From Candidatus Moraniibacteriota bacterium (GTDB lineage Bacteria > Patescibacteriota > Minisyncoccia > CAIUEV01 > JAHKAQ01): a DNA stretch of 46,405 bases. A program made the translations under genes and the position numbers. Shown here one piece after another: positions 46,367-46,405 of the stretch (position 1 is its first letter; the number at the start of each line of letters is the position of its first letter). The notes beneath the pieces are model-generated. The model saw only the letters and a list, made by a program, of their open reading frames with translations, was not told the origin of the DNA and searched no databases. The stretch is taken from contig WJJX01000108.1 of assembly GCA_014729445.1 (NCBI GenBank), forward strand, positions 1 through 46,405, written 5' to 3'.

Positions 46367-46405
46367 ATTAAGGTTTAAATAAAGTTAAATTCAGCCTGAA
46401 TGTAA

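Noticed and set aside
1..46405. CRISPR array, prophage, integrase/transposase, recoded TGA
   Set aside because: No spaced repeats or mobile-element genes were seen; conserved genes end at TGA and long ORFs are intact under the standard code.

Overview
Chromosomal segment of an AT-rich bacterium using the standard code (TGA is a stop). Gene content and style point by inference to Patescibacteria/CPR, Parcubacteria-like: type IV pili, short RpoB/RpoC, tandem-domain ThyX and A-rich start regions without Shine-Dalgarno sequences. Almost all genes lie on the minus strand. The window holds a type IV pilus cluster (pilN-pilO-orf-pilB-receiver-pilT-pilC-pilin), rpoB/rpoC followed by an HTH-NTase gene, a membrane gene and a processive GT2, then uvrA, hpf, surface-glycan genes, secE-nusG-rplK-rplA, tRNA-Leu(GAG), rplS, a malic enzyme, a five-repeat bPH_2 membrane protein, tRNA-Ser(GCT) and manC. 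The most unusual part is a 9-gene pyrimidine-nucleotide/one-carbon cluster (25627-34178) directly behind rplA. It has two ThyX-like proteins, two thymidylate-kinase-like proteins, a dCMP deaminase, a dUTPase/dCTP-deaminase-fold protein, a HAD phosphatase, a ParB/Srx-like protein and glyA. Several of these carry substituted catalytic motifs, and several intergenic leaders in the cluster look like structured RNAs. No CRISPR array, rRNA, integrase or transposase was seen. All calls come from motif recognition by eye; no searches were run.
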